This document shows, piece by piece, positions 37,303 through 51,310 of a DNA stretch of 64,000 nt. This DNA comes from Pavona decussata (taxonomy: Eukaryota), in the NCBI GenBank assembly GCA_977016875.1, contig CDRNST010000114.1:372001-436000 (forward strand), written 5' to 3'. Position numbers and translations under genes: made by a program. Every line of letters begins with the position of its first letter. Position 1 is the stretch's first letter. The notes beneath the pieces were generated by a model. It made no database searches and was not told the DNA's origin. It worked only from the letters and a program-made list of their open reading frames with translations.

Positions 37303-37691
37303 TTGAAGGGGCAGTGTCAGTTTTTTTTTAGTGTCACTTTGAATAGCCAAAAAACGTATTTGTTTCAATGGAATCGTTAAGACAATGGTTTAGTTTTGTT
37401 AACAATAACCCTACTAGTACACAGAAACTGGTATTAACTATGTTTGGCTACGGATGGCTAGGATGGAAATGGTTTGCAACTTGAAAAAATTGGCCAATTT
37501 TTTCAAGCTCTTCCTGTGTATTTTAGAGAAGTCGCTAAAAATTTATTATGGTTGTTCTTCGTAGAAGAAAAACCTTAATATTTTCTTCCCTGTGTTGTAA
37601 GAGCAATTTCATGTTACAAAACAGTTTCGTTGTCATATATGTACAGTTTTGATCAAAATACAGCAAAATCACCGTGACAGTGCCTCTTTAA
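37303..37691. mobile_element. Kolobok-like MITE, copy 1
   Basis: TTGAAGGGGCAGTGTCA / TGACAGTGCCTCTTTAA ends; colinear similarity to 38102-38488. Confidence 0.65.
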
Positions 37692-38101
37692 TTGTGTCAA
37701 TAACAAAACACTCTAATCTGACTGGTTCTTACAGCCCTGGTTTAGTGCTTAATTTGGCTGTTGCAGCTCCAAAACTGTCCAATTTGACCTATCCGATTAC
37801 AAGCAGCTTGTAATCAGTCCTATTACCATTACAAACAGTAAAGCCATACACTAAATCCTTTACCATACAAGCTTTGGCTGGATATTAGGCTGGTTTTTTT
37901 TTTGTTTTTTTTGTTTTTTCTTTTTGATGTACTGAGACGAACGCAAAAACAGGACTTGGTCAATATCAATATTGACCTCACACTTGGTCAATAGCACGGG
38001 TAATTCGCACACGCAGTTGTCGAGGGCAATCCGCGGTTACTATTTATAGAAACGAAGGGTGAATGGAAATGCACTAACAAACTATCTGAACCATTAAAAT
38101 T

Positions 38102-38488
38102 TTAAAAGGACAGTATCACGCTATTTTTAGTAACACATCGAAAATCGGAAAGACGCTATTCGGTCGATAGCAGCCAAGATATAATGACAAAAGTCCATTT
38201 AAAGACTATCAGAATGCAAAACTATCCACGGATATTTTCGCCGGCAGATGACCAAGATAGAGAGGGGTTCAAATTTGAAAACGTCTGGCGGAAGTTTTCA
38301 AATTTCGCAATAAAAATCGCTGGTTGTACTATATTTTGGTTCAACCTTTCGTCTTGGAATCACTATTAATATTTCTTTAAATTAGCGATCGAGAAATTAA
38401 TTAACACAGTGTTCAAAGTTTTCATTTAGTGAATTTTGGCCAAAAATCATGATATCTCCCATCGATCTCCCATGATACTGCCCATTAA
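38102..38488. mobile_element. Kolobok-like MITE, copy 2
   Basis: TTAAAAGGACAGTATCA / TGATACTGCCCATTAA ends, TTAA-bounded, nearly the same length as copy 1. Confidence 0.65.
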
Positions 38489-41255
38489 GGGACCAATATC
38501 GTTTTTTTTTTCTCGAGTTTTTTTTTAAAATAGCTTACTATGATCAAACACTAGCGCTGTGTAAGATAAAGTACAGTTGACTGAGGGTTAGATTTACTGA
38601 CTTACTGTATCGCCCATCATCGCGAAGGGTTCTCTCGAAGAAAGAGAACACTCCTTTGAGAGAGCCCTGGGAGCGAGGTTTGAATGGATTTAGTGCCTTA
38701 GTTTTGCATCCATTTCGCAACACAAAAAAGCTTTCTGTAACTATAAAAAGCTACGATATGTCATGGGCCTGCCTTCACGCGCCTGGAAATTCCTTTTTTT
38801 TTCTTAGCTAAATAAAAACTAGCTTTCACTTGACCTTCATGATCCAAAAACTGTACTCTCATATCAGTAAGTAAAATTAGCGAACTGAAACCATACCGAA
38901 ACATGCTCACGATATTATCACGTCTGGTTATTAGCGCTTCAAAAAAAATTATCACTGCACGATATAAGCACCCGCAATTATTAAGTCAGTAGAATAAACG
39001 GATGATCGCCAACCGAGATGGCCTTCTGACGATCGCTGTCCGCGTTACCCTCCGACAAAATTTAAGCGATCACACGGTGTATTCGACAACGCGCTGCGTG
39101 TCATGTTTCCAAACGATCGCCATAACGACAATTTCACTGAATACTTTTCTTTCTAGTAATTGTTAGCGATCATAATTATGGAAACAAGACTTAAGCTCAA
39201 TAAAGATCAAAGCTTCGCGTGAATGATTAAATGAAAAGTTGATGCAGAGAGAAAGCTAATTTTAAAAGGTCAAGCAGAAATGTTTTCAAGTTTTATAAAT
39301 TAAAACTAGCTTGGCGGTCGAACAATGGGAAAATTCTACTCCGGCAAGGCTCAAGTCAGACATGCAAATTTTCGCGGTACTTCATTTGTCAAATGGCAAT
39401 TTAAGTTTGTAATAGCTTGTATCACGCCTATCATCTAGTTTCGCCAACGGATTAAACATGCTGCATTGGTCAGTAGTGTAAACGTGATGATGGTATCAGC
39501 ATCTCTGAGACAATGTTACCGCAGCGATAATCAAGGATCCATAATTGTGAACAATCAACTGATCTTTTCCCACCCATTTACACTCGATTGGAAGTACTAA
39601 TTAGAAAGGCTGGTAAGTTTCCTTCTGCAAAATACTGAAAAACAAACCCGATCACCGCAAAATCTCTAACTAACCAGAAACTTCAAATGAAATGTTCAAA
39701 TGCTCGTACTTCACCCCCTCCCCCTCCCCCCCCCCCCCCCCCCGCTGATCCTTTCGTCTCTTTTCATCTTTCAATTATGCCAAGGGAAACATTGGGCTAT
39801 TTATAAATCCATCCGATTCTACCCTTAAAATACTCTCAAAATATTTTGTTTAGGGAAGTTAAATAAAGTTTAGTTGAGAGTAAATGCCATAATTAGGGGG
39901 TGTTGGCGAATATTAGCACTTTGTTGCAATTGTTATTGTTATTAATATTATCACTACAAAGACAACACGTAAGCCAGTAGACATTGTAGTCGGTGCTGGG
40001 TTGTCAATACACGCGACTTAGCTGTTATCATGTATTCGTTGCTTGTAAATATGTTTAGAAAAAGCTCACTGAGAAATAAAGAATATACTTACTGAACATG
40101 CGTAGGTGTAGTATTCATCTAGGATGCCATGACTGACAACAACGATCAGTAAAAAGAGTGAAGGTTGGCACTTTGATTTATGGTAATACGCGGTGAATGT
40201 TGTTATGTGTATTCTACGGTGCTTACGGTAGCATGTGATCTACTTATGGTGGGATAAGCGTCCTTTATAGATGATGCAATACTGGCCTGTGGTCACAAAT
40301 TCTTTGAAGAGGTCACTTCAAATGCCATGGAAGCACTCACGAAGATTAGCCATTAGGAATCGAGTTCAATTAATCAACATCACTTCTCAATCAATATCCT
40401 ACATTCTTTTGTTCTTGTACGCGGAACATCGAACTACGACTGGCCTATGAACTATATCGGGATAGAACGACCCGACAAAACTAGACCGCCGACTAAAACC
40501 GACAAATTTCTGATCACGATGAAAAAAATCAATTGTTAATATGAAGAACGAGAGAGAGACGCGTTCTGTTTTAGGGTATATGTACACGTACATTCGTCGT
40601 TTTTGCACGTGCGGTGCAGTTATTGTTTTTCTTTATTGTTAAACTTGTTCAAAACAATACGTGCTACGCATACGCATATCGCATATTGTACTCGTATAGT
40701 ACATGCTGAGTGTGATGTCGGCATATCAAATAGAAACAGCAATTTATATTTATATTAAGTTCATAATCGGAATCATAACAGGGAACACCCAGAGAAGGTA
40801 TCTTTTAACAAACATTCAATGTTATTCAAATGTGCAAACCAAACCACCGGAAGAAAATATAAACAGGGGCACACGACGGTCGACCAGCTCGGCGAATATC
40901 TGTTCGGAACGCTTAAATTAAAACTCGTCTCAAAAATTCGGAAACAGATGTGAGGAAAAACTGCCATTTTCTTTGATGTTTGTCCCTAAGACTTAAGTTA
41001 CACGGGAAACTTACGGGCTTTCGAAGAGACGGAACATGTCGTTAAGGGAGCGAAATATGGCAAGCTAGTATGAGGTTTCGTGAAGCCATTTGCTCGTAAA
41101 TACGTTGAATAGAAACCTGAAAATTCTGCTAAGAACCGAACAGATCAAACTGATTTAACGTACACAAATATCCCTTTTAAACTCCCGAAAATGATCTTGG
41201 AAATTAAAGTACTTTTCTTAAACATTCTCGCTGGGTGTTCCAGTCTAAATTTAAA

Positions 41256-41546
41256 GGCCCCGTCCATACTAATCCGGATAAATGTTTTCCGTCCACACTA
41301 AAACGCTCATCAGCCCGGCAACGCTAAAAACACGGTGGAGCATGCGTTCGTTACCGTTGCGACGTCTGCGTTTTCAAAAAGCCCCACTTTCGCCGTCCAC
41401 ACTTAAACACCTGGCATGCGTTTTCAAATTTATCCGCTTTGAGATCCGTTTTCGGTGGCCGAAAATGCCGTTTTAGTGTGGACACAAGGACAAACCGGAA
41501 TTAAAGACGCGTTTTCAAATGTGTCCGGATTAGTGTGCACGGTGCC
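41256..41546. mobile_element. MITE (Harbinger-like)
   Basis: GGCCCCGTCCATACTAATCCGGA / TCCGGATTAGTGTGCACGGTGCC ends, with internal CCGTCCACACT repeats. Confidence 0.75.
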
Positions 41547-42024
41547 GAAGACACCATTGTTTCAACAGCCAATAGGCTTCATTGACGTCAGGGAGGTCTT
41601 TGCTATTAAAAAGTCACGTCTAATAGATTATTTTATGGATAGGAAAGCGACGTAGCGTGCGCACTGACATCACATTGATTTCGAACGTCTGATCTTATGC
41701 TGAAGGCGTCAAAGGTAAGTCTTAAAAACGTATAAACGACCCTAATATCCTTTTAATCACCTTCGATTAGGCCTTGTGCTAGAAGACTAGACCCTTTTAT
41801 ATCAAGAAAATTAAACTCTTTAATGACCAATTTGGTAACGAAAAGTGTTGAATTACTGAAATGAATGCGAAAATTTTACACAGAAGAAAAAAAAACTTTG
41901 CTTTTGGATCTGAACTTCAAGTTAGCGCTTGATCACAGGTTGATAATTGCACGTTGACATCTCTGTTACCGGAGGCTGATATATCGGACGCTGTATATCT
42001 CATGGCCGTACTATACCAAAGTTC

Positions 42025-42352
42025 AGGGAGTCTAAGAAGCTACTACGACGATGGCAACGAGAAAGACACAAAACAATGAGAGTTAATGAGAGAAAACAAG
42101 GGCCCCCTACGTGCGTTAAATTTAGGTACATTTCTTCACCGTACGAGGCCAAACAAAAGCGTGAAATGACCAAATTCAAGGTTTTGTGGAGAACGTGAGC
42201 ATGTGTCAACTTGAACGCCGTTCCCACCTGTTTTGTTACTGGATAGTTCGGCCACGTTGAACGAATTGGAAAAATCGCGAAGTAGTACAAGTAACGCGAA
42301 CTTATATTTTCAACCGACGTTTTCGTTGGCGTCGTGTTTTCTTAAACTCCCT
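42025..42352. mobile_element. MITE
   Basis: AGGGAGTCTAAGAA / TTCTTAAACTCCCT ends. Confidence 0.7.
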
Positions 42353-45300
42353 TTTGACTGTGATACGGCAAGCTGGTTCAGTCAAGTTCGACTCTAGTGC
42401 GACATTCGAGCGACGACTGATTCAAACGGCGTACTTTCTGTCGAAACTAATTCGTCGAATCTTTTTTGTGCGCTCAGATTTCATGTTTGACTGGACCGGT
42501 CAAGCTCTACCGTTCCTTGAGATTTTGCGTATCTAAATTGATTCCGTCGCCGCACTAATATATTTAAAACGAATGCCATACCACTCGGTTCAGCGCATGA
42601 GATGTACGGTTTCTGAACCGGGACTTAAACGCCATGTTATATCCAAATGATGATTACGTACAATGTCTCTAAGTCTTCTTTAGGTATCTTATTGCATGGA
42701 TATTTCGCGACGTTATTTTTGCGATTTTCGAGTGGGCGTATTTCTCGACATTAGAAAAAGTTGCCAATTTGTTCAAAGCTTTTGTAAGAAGTGCGATCTG
42801 AGGACTGAATTTCGCGATCGATTCTGTTTAAAAATGGGGAATAGTTTCTTGGCTTAATACGCACTTCGTAAAACCGCCGTTGTTTTAAACGTGAATATTG
42901 GCTCAACTGATCCCGGACCATTCAAAGAACTGCTTTAAATCAGTAGAACAGCAGAATAGCAAATAAATGGAACGAACCCATAACTCTAGCACGATAAAAT
43001 GACTGTTTATTGAATAACAAAGTATGGTGATTTACTTATTCACATTAAAGAGAACTTTAGAAAGGAACTGTTGCAGGAAATAATTGAAAATAAAGATGAA
43101 GAAAGAGGGCTTGAAATATTCAAAATTCAAAAATAAATCTTTATTTTTGAAGCCTTCTTTGTTTGGATTTTAAGTGCCTGCAGGCAGTTTTTCAAAATGA
43201 AAGTGTCGCGAACAATTCATGTAATAAGGTAATCAAAATTTTCATTGCGGTTTTGTCCACACTTGTGTGTTTCGTTGTAATCATCTACGTAAAATGTTAC
43301 CCCTAACTATTTATTAGTAACATCATCATAGAATAATGACAGAAAAACACCGAAAAGTTAGTGGACTCGAATGATTTCCGCCTCGAAGACTTGGCCTTAA
43401 TTTGATGCCTTAACAAGAAATATTACTTTTTCCATTATTGCCAAGCAAAATTTAATCATCAAATTGTCAAAGTACTGAAAGTGTTAAAATGCTTTTTTCT
43501 ATTTAAAGACAGCGTTGATTATCAGTGCTTTAGACTGGAAAAGCAAATTTTTAACTCTCTGCCGAAATTGGATTATTAAACAGACTTTATATAGAATAAG
43601 ATCATACTTCAACAGGGAAGAGTGAATACCCACGTGGTTTTTATGGAAAATGGCGAACTGTGTCTCTACAATTTTTATAAGTGTTATTTATGGAACACGG
43701 CAAATTATAAGACACATTCTGATGACTGGTTGGCTTACTTTTGCTAATCGATATCTGCACAAGACCTTTAAGTACGCACTCCTAAATTTTGGATAGGAGT
43801 TATATTTACGAATGCTCATATTACTCGTCTAAAACGGACTAAATATGCAGCTATTTCTAGCACTTTGAAAAATCAAACCACACTTACACATCAATTGAAA
43901 CCCATAAGCAATAGTCAAATGTTCTTGAAAGGTTCCTGTACTAGTGCACTGAATCTTACGGCTTGGTCAGGATGGGGAAGGTTGGCAAGTTGAAAAACTT
44001 AGACCAATCTTTTTTTTTTTTAATTTGTCTCTGTCTTTGTGTTATTCAAATATCGCTGAAAGTAATTTAAAGGGCTTATTCCGTTCACTAGAAATGTTCC
44101 TCTTGATGTCATATCAGCATCTTGCCAAGGTAAAGGCTGTATATTCACAATTTTCGAATAATTTTGACAAACTTACCACCAAAAATATAATTACGAGAAA
44201 AACACAGTCACTATATAGTAAAGGGATATCTATATTGCGTCGAAGATTCAAGAGCCCAACCTCTAGTTAGCTATGAGTTTCTTCCTCCTTATCTTTCTCA
44301 GAATAACCCTCCGCAGTTTTGCAGGTTTCCCTAACGGTTTATTGTTAACAAACGCTGCTGTTGATACATTTTTACACCCCACTGAAGCGAAGTTTTCTAT
44401 AAATTTCCAAAGAAACAACGAGAAGCCGGAAGACCAGGACTCTATCGAATTAACGAATGTCGTTCATTTTGAAAGTGCGGAGCTTTAGTTCCTAGATCAA
44501 CACGCTTCATCAAATATTGATTAATTCTGGAAAGCCGGAACTGGATAAAACCAAAATAAATTTAAAAAAATGCATGTGGATGCACTATCGATGCACTATC
44601 GGTTAAATGAGGTAATTGTGAACTAAAATCGACTGAAACTAATATCACAGAAAAACAACGCAAAACCACTCGGATGGTTTAATTTGAGATAAAAAAAAGT
44701 CCACCAAAAATCTAACGATGGACAATGCAATAACAAGCAGACAAACTACAACGATTCCACGTTGCGTTAACGGTATAAACTGACAAAAGACCTAAGTTAG
44801 GTGACTCAATGAAGAAACTCCAGGAATGTTAATTTGGGACATAAGCGAGCTACGTTAACGTGAGTTTCGAGCAAGGGGCCACTGGCATCTTTAATTTAGT
44901 GTCGTCGCTTGAATTTCGTCGACGCCCGCAGAGGACTGGTTCTGAGTTCTCATCTCACAGGGGGAGGGGGGGGGGGGGGGGGGCGAGATGTCTATTTTTC
45001 TTAGTGTGTGGCCTTGTACAACATACTGTAACTGCGAAAAATTTCGGACTTACAGTATTTTCGGATTTTAAACTTCGAAGGCAGAATTTTTGGGCGATTG
45101 CTCGTTTTGACGTTTTTTTCTTGACATTCCGGACGAAACGTAAGTTAGCTACAGGTAATACAAAGGTAATAGTTACACACGACCCCTCAAGCATGTAATG
45201 TTTTTATTCTCATCGTGTTTAAATAAAGGATCTTACTCACTTACTTAGCACCGGGACGATACAATATGTAAATAGGAATATGTTGAACACGGGTCCGTTT

Positions 45301-47467
45301 AACTGTTTGAAAGCAATAACTAGACGACATAAAACCGAGTACAACCAGAACAAAACAATACGAAGAGTATGCCGCATGAGTAGTAAAAGCCCAATGAGGC
45401 TGTTCACTTAATCTTTCATGTTGCTCACCAATTCAGTTCAAACTTGTACTGAAATTATACCCTAAAGTCAACATCGCTGAATTAATGACTCTAATCTGCG
45501 GGCTTCAGGCATGATTATCAAGGCAATATGTACACTAATGCCTGTTAGCTTTCTGACTCCGTCTGTTTTATTTTTCAAATGGTCACAATGACCAACAACC
45601 CACTTTCTCAAAGAATGGCCATGCTTAACTATGCGGCTTAACAACAAAATTCAAACGAATACTTGCCTTTATGAGGAACGGTAAGGCTTTTAATTCCACT
45701 TCTCATTTCTCCTTTCGCTGATTAGAGCACACGAAACTCCTTTCTATGGACTGAACCTTTGTGACACAAGTGAAATAATTTCGCGAGCGCAGCCGAGGTT
45801 TGTGTTCTTCACACGATGGTTTTCTTCAGTTACCATGACCGTGGTCAGACACTGGAAAATTCCCAAGCTTCTCCGCTTGCTCGATATTTATTTACTATCA
45901 TTTACAATGCATTTTCAGAGTTTTGATTGGTTCAGCTGCCACGGGATAGCAGCAATTATAGCATACCCGAGAAATAGCGGTCATTGAATCGTCTTCTGGT
46001 CGTTTTTGTAAGTGTGCATGTTGTTTCTTTTTTGTTTTGTTTTTTTTGTTTGTTTTTTTTTTTTCCTAATAATACAATTATTCCACTCGCACTTGTTGGA
46101 TGTGGGATGGTTATATACAACGTACCGCCTCGTTGGCTGTCTATATATCATCTCATAAACAGTACACGCCACCCTGACCAATTAGACGGCCCTAATGACG
46201 GTTTGGATTCGACAGTTGACAGAACAAAGATATCATTTTGGCGGTGAATGATAAGCCTGTATTAGCCAAACTTTCACAAATGAGGTTAAAATATTTCTTC
46301 ATCGGCTGACTGTTAAAATATAAGCAACCATTGTACAGCTGGCATTGAATTCTGAGGTCCTAAAGTTTAACTTTCTCCTTTTATTGTAAACAGTGAAACC
46401 GCGAGAAAAACTCAAAATGGAATAAAACTTTTTTGTGAACTTATATAATTAGCCTGACCGGACTGACGTTTTTGATTGACATAATGAAAAATATTAAAAT
46501 TGAAATTAAATAATATGTATACGTACGACACATTAAATCCCTCTATTGATCTTCAACTGCGTGAGTTCGTGCTGTAAAAGATCTCAACGTTTGCTATTGT
46601 TTTGTTACCTGGAAACTTCCAGATTCTAGATTCAATCTAGATCTTTTCAATAACACCACTTCCTGTGGAAAATAATTTAAAATACTGATCGCTATAAGTC
46701 TACTTTGGACAGCCTTTGATGTTCCGCTTGGATAACATTTGGCATTCCAGCGTGAAATGTACCTGTTTCTATGGTGTCATCGTTTGTCCATAGAATATTA
46801 GACAAACCATTGTTCGGCGATATGTCATTCGGTCAGCCAGTGTGGATATTTTTCGAGGTACGGGGTCGCAATTAGATATACAAACAACTCCAATGAAACA
46901 AAAGACGAGAAGGATGTTTAATTGAAACTGAATGGAAATGGGGTTAAAAGGAAAAACAAAGAAAAAATGTTTACCATTGAATAGGTTTGACATAGTCAAA
47001 CAGTAATTTAGACTAGCAGTGGTGTGTGATACCTTCGACCACAAACTGTAGCTGAAAACTGAGAAACATGACGAGAACCTAACTCAGGACTATCTAGAAA
47101 GGCAATAAATTATTCCAGGTAGACACACATTAAGTTATTATGTAGGCCGAAAGAGGTTGATATCTTGTTCGGATGTGCCTTTTTCTTTCATCATTAATAA
47201 AAGCAAAGTACACCCACACTTTTTTTTTTTATTCGTAAAGGAATGATTCACGACAAAACGAACGCATTATCAAAAGAGTACCTGTGTTTACAAACTGGTG
47301 TTTCCAATAGCACGAACAGACAGCAAGTGTTATTACTACCCCCAAGCCCCTTTCCGGGTGAAATGCTCGTCAGCTGTGGGATTAAGTTAACCTTTCCTAT
47401 AGCATTTTCTCAGGAACTGCTCGAGGCTTCGTTAGTACCCATTTAAAAGACAAAATGCAACAAATGA

Positions 47468-47521
47468 GGACGGGCGGACGGGCGGACGGGCGGACGGGCG
47501 GACGGGCGGACGGGCGGACGG
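47468..47521. repeat. (GGACGGGC)n minisatellite, ~6.75 units
   Basis: Perfect 8-bp tandem run. Confidence 0.95.
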
Positions 47522-48788
47522 AAGGATGGCGGTAACGTTAAGTCGTTGGCCATGTCCCCAACACATACTAATTTAGTAGAGGACATTGAAGAACTCACAT
47601 AACTGCTCAAAAAAAGTAGCGAATGTAGTCCGGCCCAGTGTTTATGCTCTGGCCTTTGATGGTTCATTGGGTGGGCACCTCTGATGGGAACCCAAGACCC
47701 GTTCATGCCCTTCCAATTAGGCTTGTGCCTAATAAAACGGGTAAATTACGTTGAGCACTGAAAGCGCCATGCTTTAGGTTAGTGGAAAATTCGACACGCA
47801 AATCAGTGCGGGAACACCACCGTGCTTTAACACACGCTGGCGTATGTATAAATGTAGTCAATTTTCAAGACCTGTAGCATCTGGTTTAGTTTCATCTAAA
47901 CTTAAACCAATTCAATTCTTTGGATGAAATCTCCATACTATGACCTAAATAAATAAAAAAGCTTTGGACTCACCATTCGAGACAATTCGAAGGAATTAGC
48001 AACTTTTCCCGTGGATGTAATGGGCACGATCATTGATACGGCAAACTCGCACAAACAGCTGCAGGAAGACAAAAGGCAAATGAATTGGATTTAAAAAGCA
48101 ATACAAGATAAACAGTTGAGCTAAGACAAAAGGCGTGCTATTTGCTAATTAGAGGGAAATGTCAAGAGTTTCAACTGTATCAGATAAGGGTATTGCATGC
48201 AAATGAATAAAAGCACTTGTGCGCATATTTTGAACGAACCTTTTCGTTACCTTGTGCCAGTAGTCAACCTACATAAGTCAATAAAACTTGAGCGATCAGC
48301 CTGTAATTTAAGCCGCGACGACACCCTGTCAATGGATGCATGGTAATTATTCCAGGGTATTTAATCCAGATAAATTCTCGAATCTGATTGGTTGTAAGTA
48401 CCACGGATTCAGTTTGAGCAGTAATAGGTAAGTTGCACTTAATTTTTTTAGAGCTTCTTAAAAAAAAAAAAAGGACTTTTACTTTTGCTCTTGAGTAAGA
48501 GAATGAGCTTTTTTGCCAGTGATAAAAAATCACTATGGTCTTTTTATTCACCAAAACGTTTTAGGCAATTAGCCATTGCTGCTTTTTTCTTCCAAGCTTC
48601 CTGTAATTTCATTAACTCTAATTTTTCTTTTTCATTAACTGTATGGCAACAGGCCTTCGTGTTATTCAATTCAGTCGGTTTGAAATCATACTCAAAATTA
48701 ACAAAAACAGAATTTCCTTAATTTGTTCAACAGTCCGAATTGGGCTCCACAAGTCTTGTCATTAATTAATTTATAAGTACAACAGAGT

Positions 48789-48972
48789 CCCTTATCCCTG
48801 GAGTTGTTACCTTACCGCTTGTGTGTCTCGATGAGCCTTGGAGCTGTATCGGTGCACGTGGGAGTCTTGGCTCCCGTAGGTTTAACCTCGCCGGACAGGT
48901 CTCTCTGAGATGAGAGCCGCAGGGACACCACGGGGCTGAACAGCCTACTGACACCAGACGGAAGAAAGAAGA
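48789..48972 (+). mobile_element. GC-rich fragment resembling the 5' UTR of RTE/BovB-type LINEs (or an RTE-derived SINE)
   Basis: CCTTACCG..GCTTGTGTGTCTCGATGAGCCTTGGAGCT..GGGAGTC ttg GCTCCC..GCCGGACAGGTC follows the motif order I recall for RTE-type 5' UTRs; not verified by search. Confidence 0.45.
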
Positions 48973-50679
48973 TAACGATACAACGTTCTTTCTCTTGGGG
49001 TTCCACAAGGGTAACTAATGCATACGATCATTTTGGGTCTGGCATTCTCGCTTTACCAACAAAAGGGGGTCAATAACGAGTTCCCTGGCAACACCAATAT
49101 ACTTATTTCTACTTGCGATTCTTATTAGTGAACACGATAAAAAAAGGTCAAAAAGCGAAGTTCATTTAGTAGGAGGTTCAAAGTTTACCCATAAAGGACC
49201 AGTTCGAAATTGCGAAAGTGCTTTCCCTCAGATTTAACACTAGAAATACAAGCATGTGATCGTGTTAGGCCTTGCATTCTCGTTTAATCAGTTTGAAGGG
49301 GCAGGTAACAAGTCCCCTGGCAATAACTACAAACTTCTTTCTAATTGCAATTCCAATTAGTTAAGGGTAAGCGTTACGTCGAAAAAGAAATAAGAGGAGG
49401 TTAATACAGAAAGTTTCAATTTTACTCAAAAAGTAACTAACTGGATGTCAAAATGATCAGAGACGCTCCAATCTTTTATCGGAGCCGTGCTATTATTTCT
49501 CTGTTCCGTTGACGGTCTTCGAGTGCTGCTTAAATTTGAATAGAAGCTATCCAGCAATACTTAATGAAGGTGGCTTTGTAAGCTGATTGTTGTCTTATTT
49601 TGAACTTAATACTCCAGAACAGACGAAGGATATGACTTTTTTAATTGGAGGAAAAGAGCATTCAACCCAAAAAGCCAAACTACCGGTTTAACAGCTGAAC
49701 AGAAACAAACAGAATATAAAAACAACAAACAATGGCTCTATTAAAACAAAAGGACAAGGCAGGGGAAGCAGGTGTGCAGAAACAAAAGACTCTGAATGAT
49801 CTGTTAATTATGTGCAGACGAAAAGTTCTAAAACCGACAAGCGACAATAAACCAAACTGACTAAGCAGGTTCTTCATCATAAGTTATATACAGGAGCTTC
49901 ATCTCATCGTTTGCCAATCATCCTGCAGAATTCAGAAACGATTTCAAAGAAATTAAAACAACCGAACTGGGTGCTAGACCTAAAATATGCAAGGATATTC
50001 CGCTCCATGGCTCTTCGATCTTCTTTCAATTAATCCATTAGTAAAATTAGCGTCGAGGAAACGCCGTTTCTGCCACCCGGCAAACGTACGGCAATAACAA
50101 ATGCCACACGACGTTCAGAACCTTTACGAATCAAGAAAGGACCCTTTCCGTTCCGGACAGGCTGCGATTGTAATTGCCTCCTTGCAGTTACGAGCGACAT
50201 GCAACAGGATTTCACCTAAAATCAACCAAATGAACCACTAAGGTAACTACAGTTTAGCTCCCGATTTAAACACATCTTCTAACGAGTAAACTCTACTTTT
50301 ATTCCATTATTGATTTCTGTTGGGGCCATTTACTTTCATTCAAATTTGTACCCTAAAATTTCCAACTTAGTTATTTCGTTGATCACAGTGGCGTTTATAC
50401 AGATTTCAAAGGAATTTGTTTTCTTTTACGCCTACAATAGCGACTATCATATTGATAGCCTGTGTAGTGAGGGAAGTTGTGGGGGAGGGAGAGGGGTGGG
50501 AAGCCTTGATTAAGTGGATGCGTGTTACGACAATGCCATCTTAGACCATGTCAGTAAAAACTTGTAAAAAAAGGTTTGTGTCCACATTTTCTCTCCGAGA
50601 AGCCGAGTGCAACGCACGAAGTGATCAATCAGCACGTACTTAATGTCACAACAGAAGCTGATTTTGTGATTGCCAGTAT

Positions 50680-51100
50680 TCAGTGTTTAAAGGAGTAAAA
50701 CTGTGGGCTCGTCAAAACAGGGCACAATTCGTAAAAATATACAGCGATACCACACACCAAAACACTCAATACTTTTATTATCCAACTCCACTTAGTACTG
50801 TTCGAATAACTCGCGAAACAAGTACGAATAAATCTCGTGATATTCGTACAGTCAGCTTTCTGGGCCCGGCCGGTTGTTCGACAATCGTTAATCCACAATT
50901 AAAGTTACCGAAGTTTCATCTCGCCCGTCCAACGTTAACGCCTATGGCACGTCCTTTTTCCCAAGACCCATAAGGAGATGGAACCTAATGCCTAGCGATA
51001 TGGTGATGAATACCACATGCACTTTACAGGCGTTCAAGACGGCCTCCCTTCCTGCAGTTACATCGTTGCAGGCTCCTGGCCACCTACGCAGACTATAAGA
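50680..51100 (+). mobile_element. Degenerate CR1-like LINE ORF2 3' fragment
   Basis: QNRAQFVK remnant, then NAYGTSFFPRPIRRWNLMPSDMV...AFK...LRRL-stop (51098), matching the SFFPRTIxxWNxLP-type CR1 C-terminus. Confidence 0.7.
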
Positions 51101-51164
51101 CGTTCCTGCGTATACCTGAATTAGCTCAAGCTATCTGGGTTTAGTACTTTAAGACTTTCTCGTT

Positions 51165-51310
51165 AAAATGGTTTTTAAGGCTAACAAAGAAAAGCCTAAG
51201 GAGGAACAAAAATATTTTTGAATAAACTTTATTGATTAGTAATTAAACTCGAATCAAAGTTCACGTTCGTCCAGGATTCATTTAATCGAGCTTTCAAAAA
51301 CAGGAACCTG
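51165..51310. mobile_element. PIF/Harbinger-like MITE, partial copy 3
   Basis: TTATTGATTAGTAATTAAACTCGAATCAAAGTTCACGTT..CCAGGATT nearly identical to 7948-7998. Confidence 0.75.

Noticed and set aside
33483-48721. Short ORFs of 60-112 aa in the B-C interval
   Set aside because: No recognisable motifs, AT-rich or low-complexity composition, frequent non-ATG starts, and no consistent splice phases.
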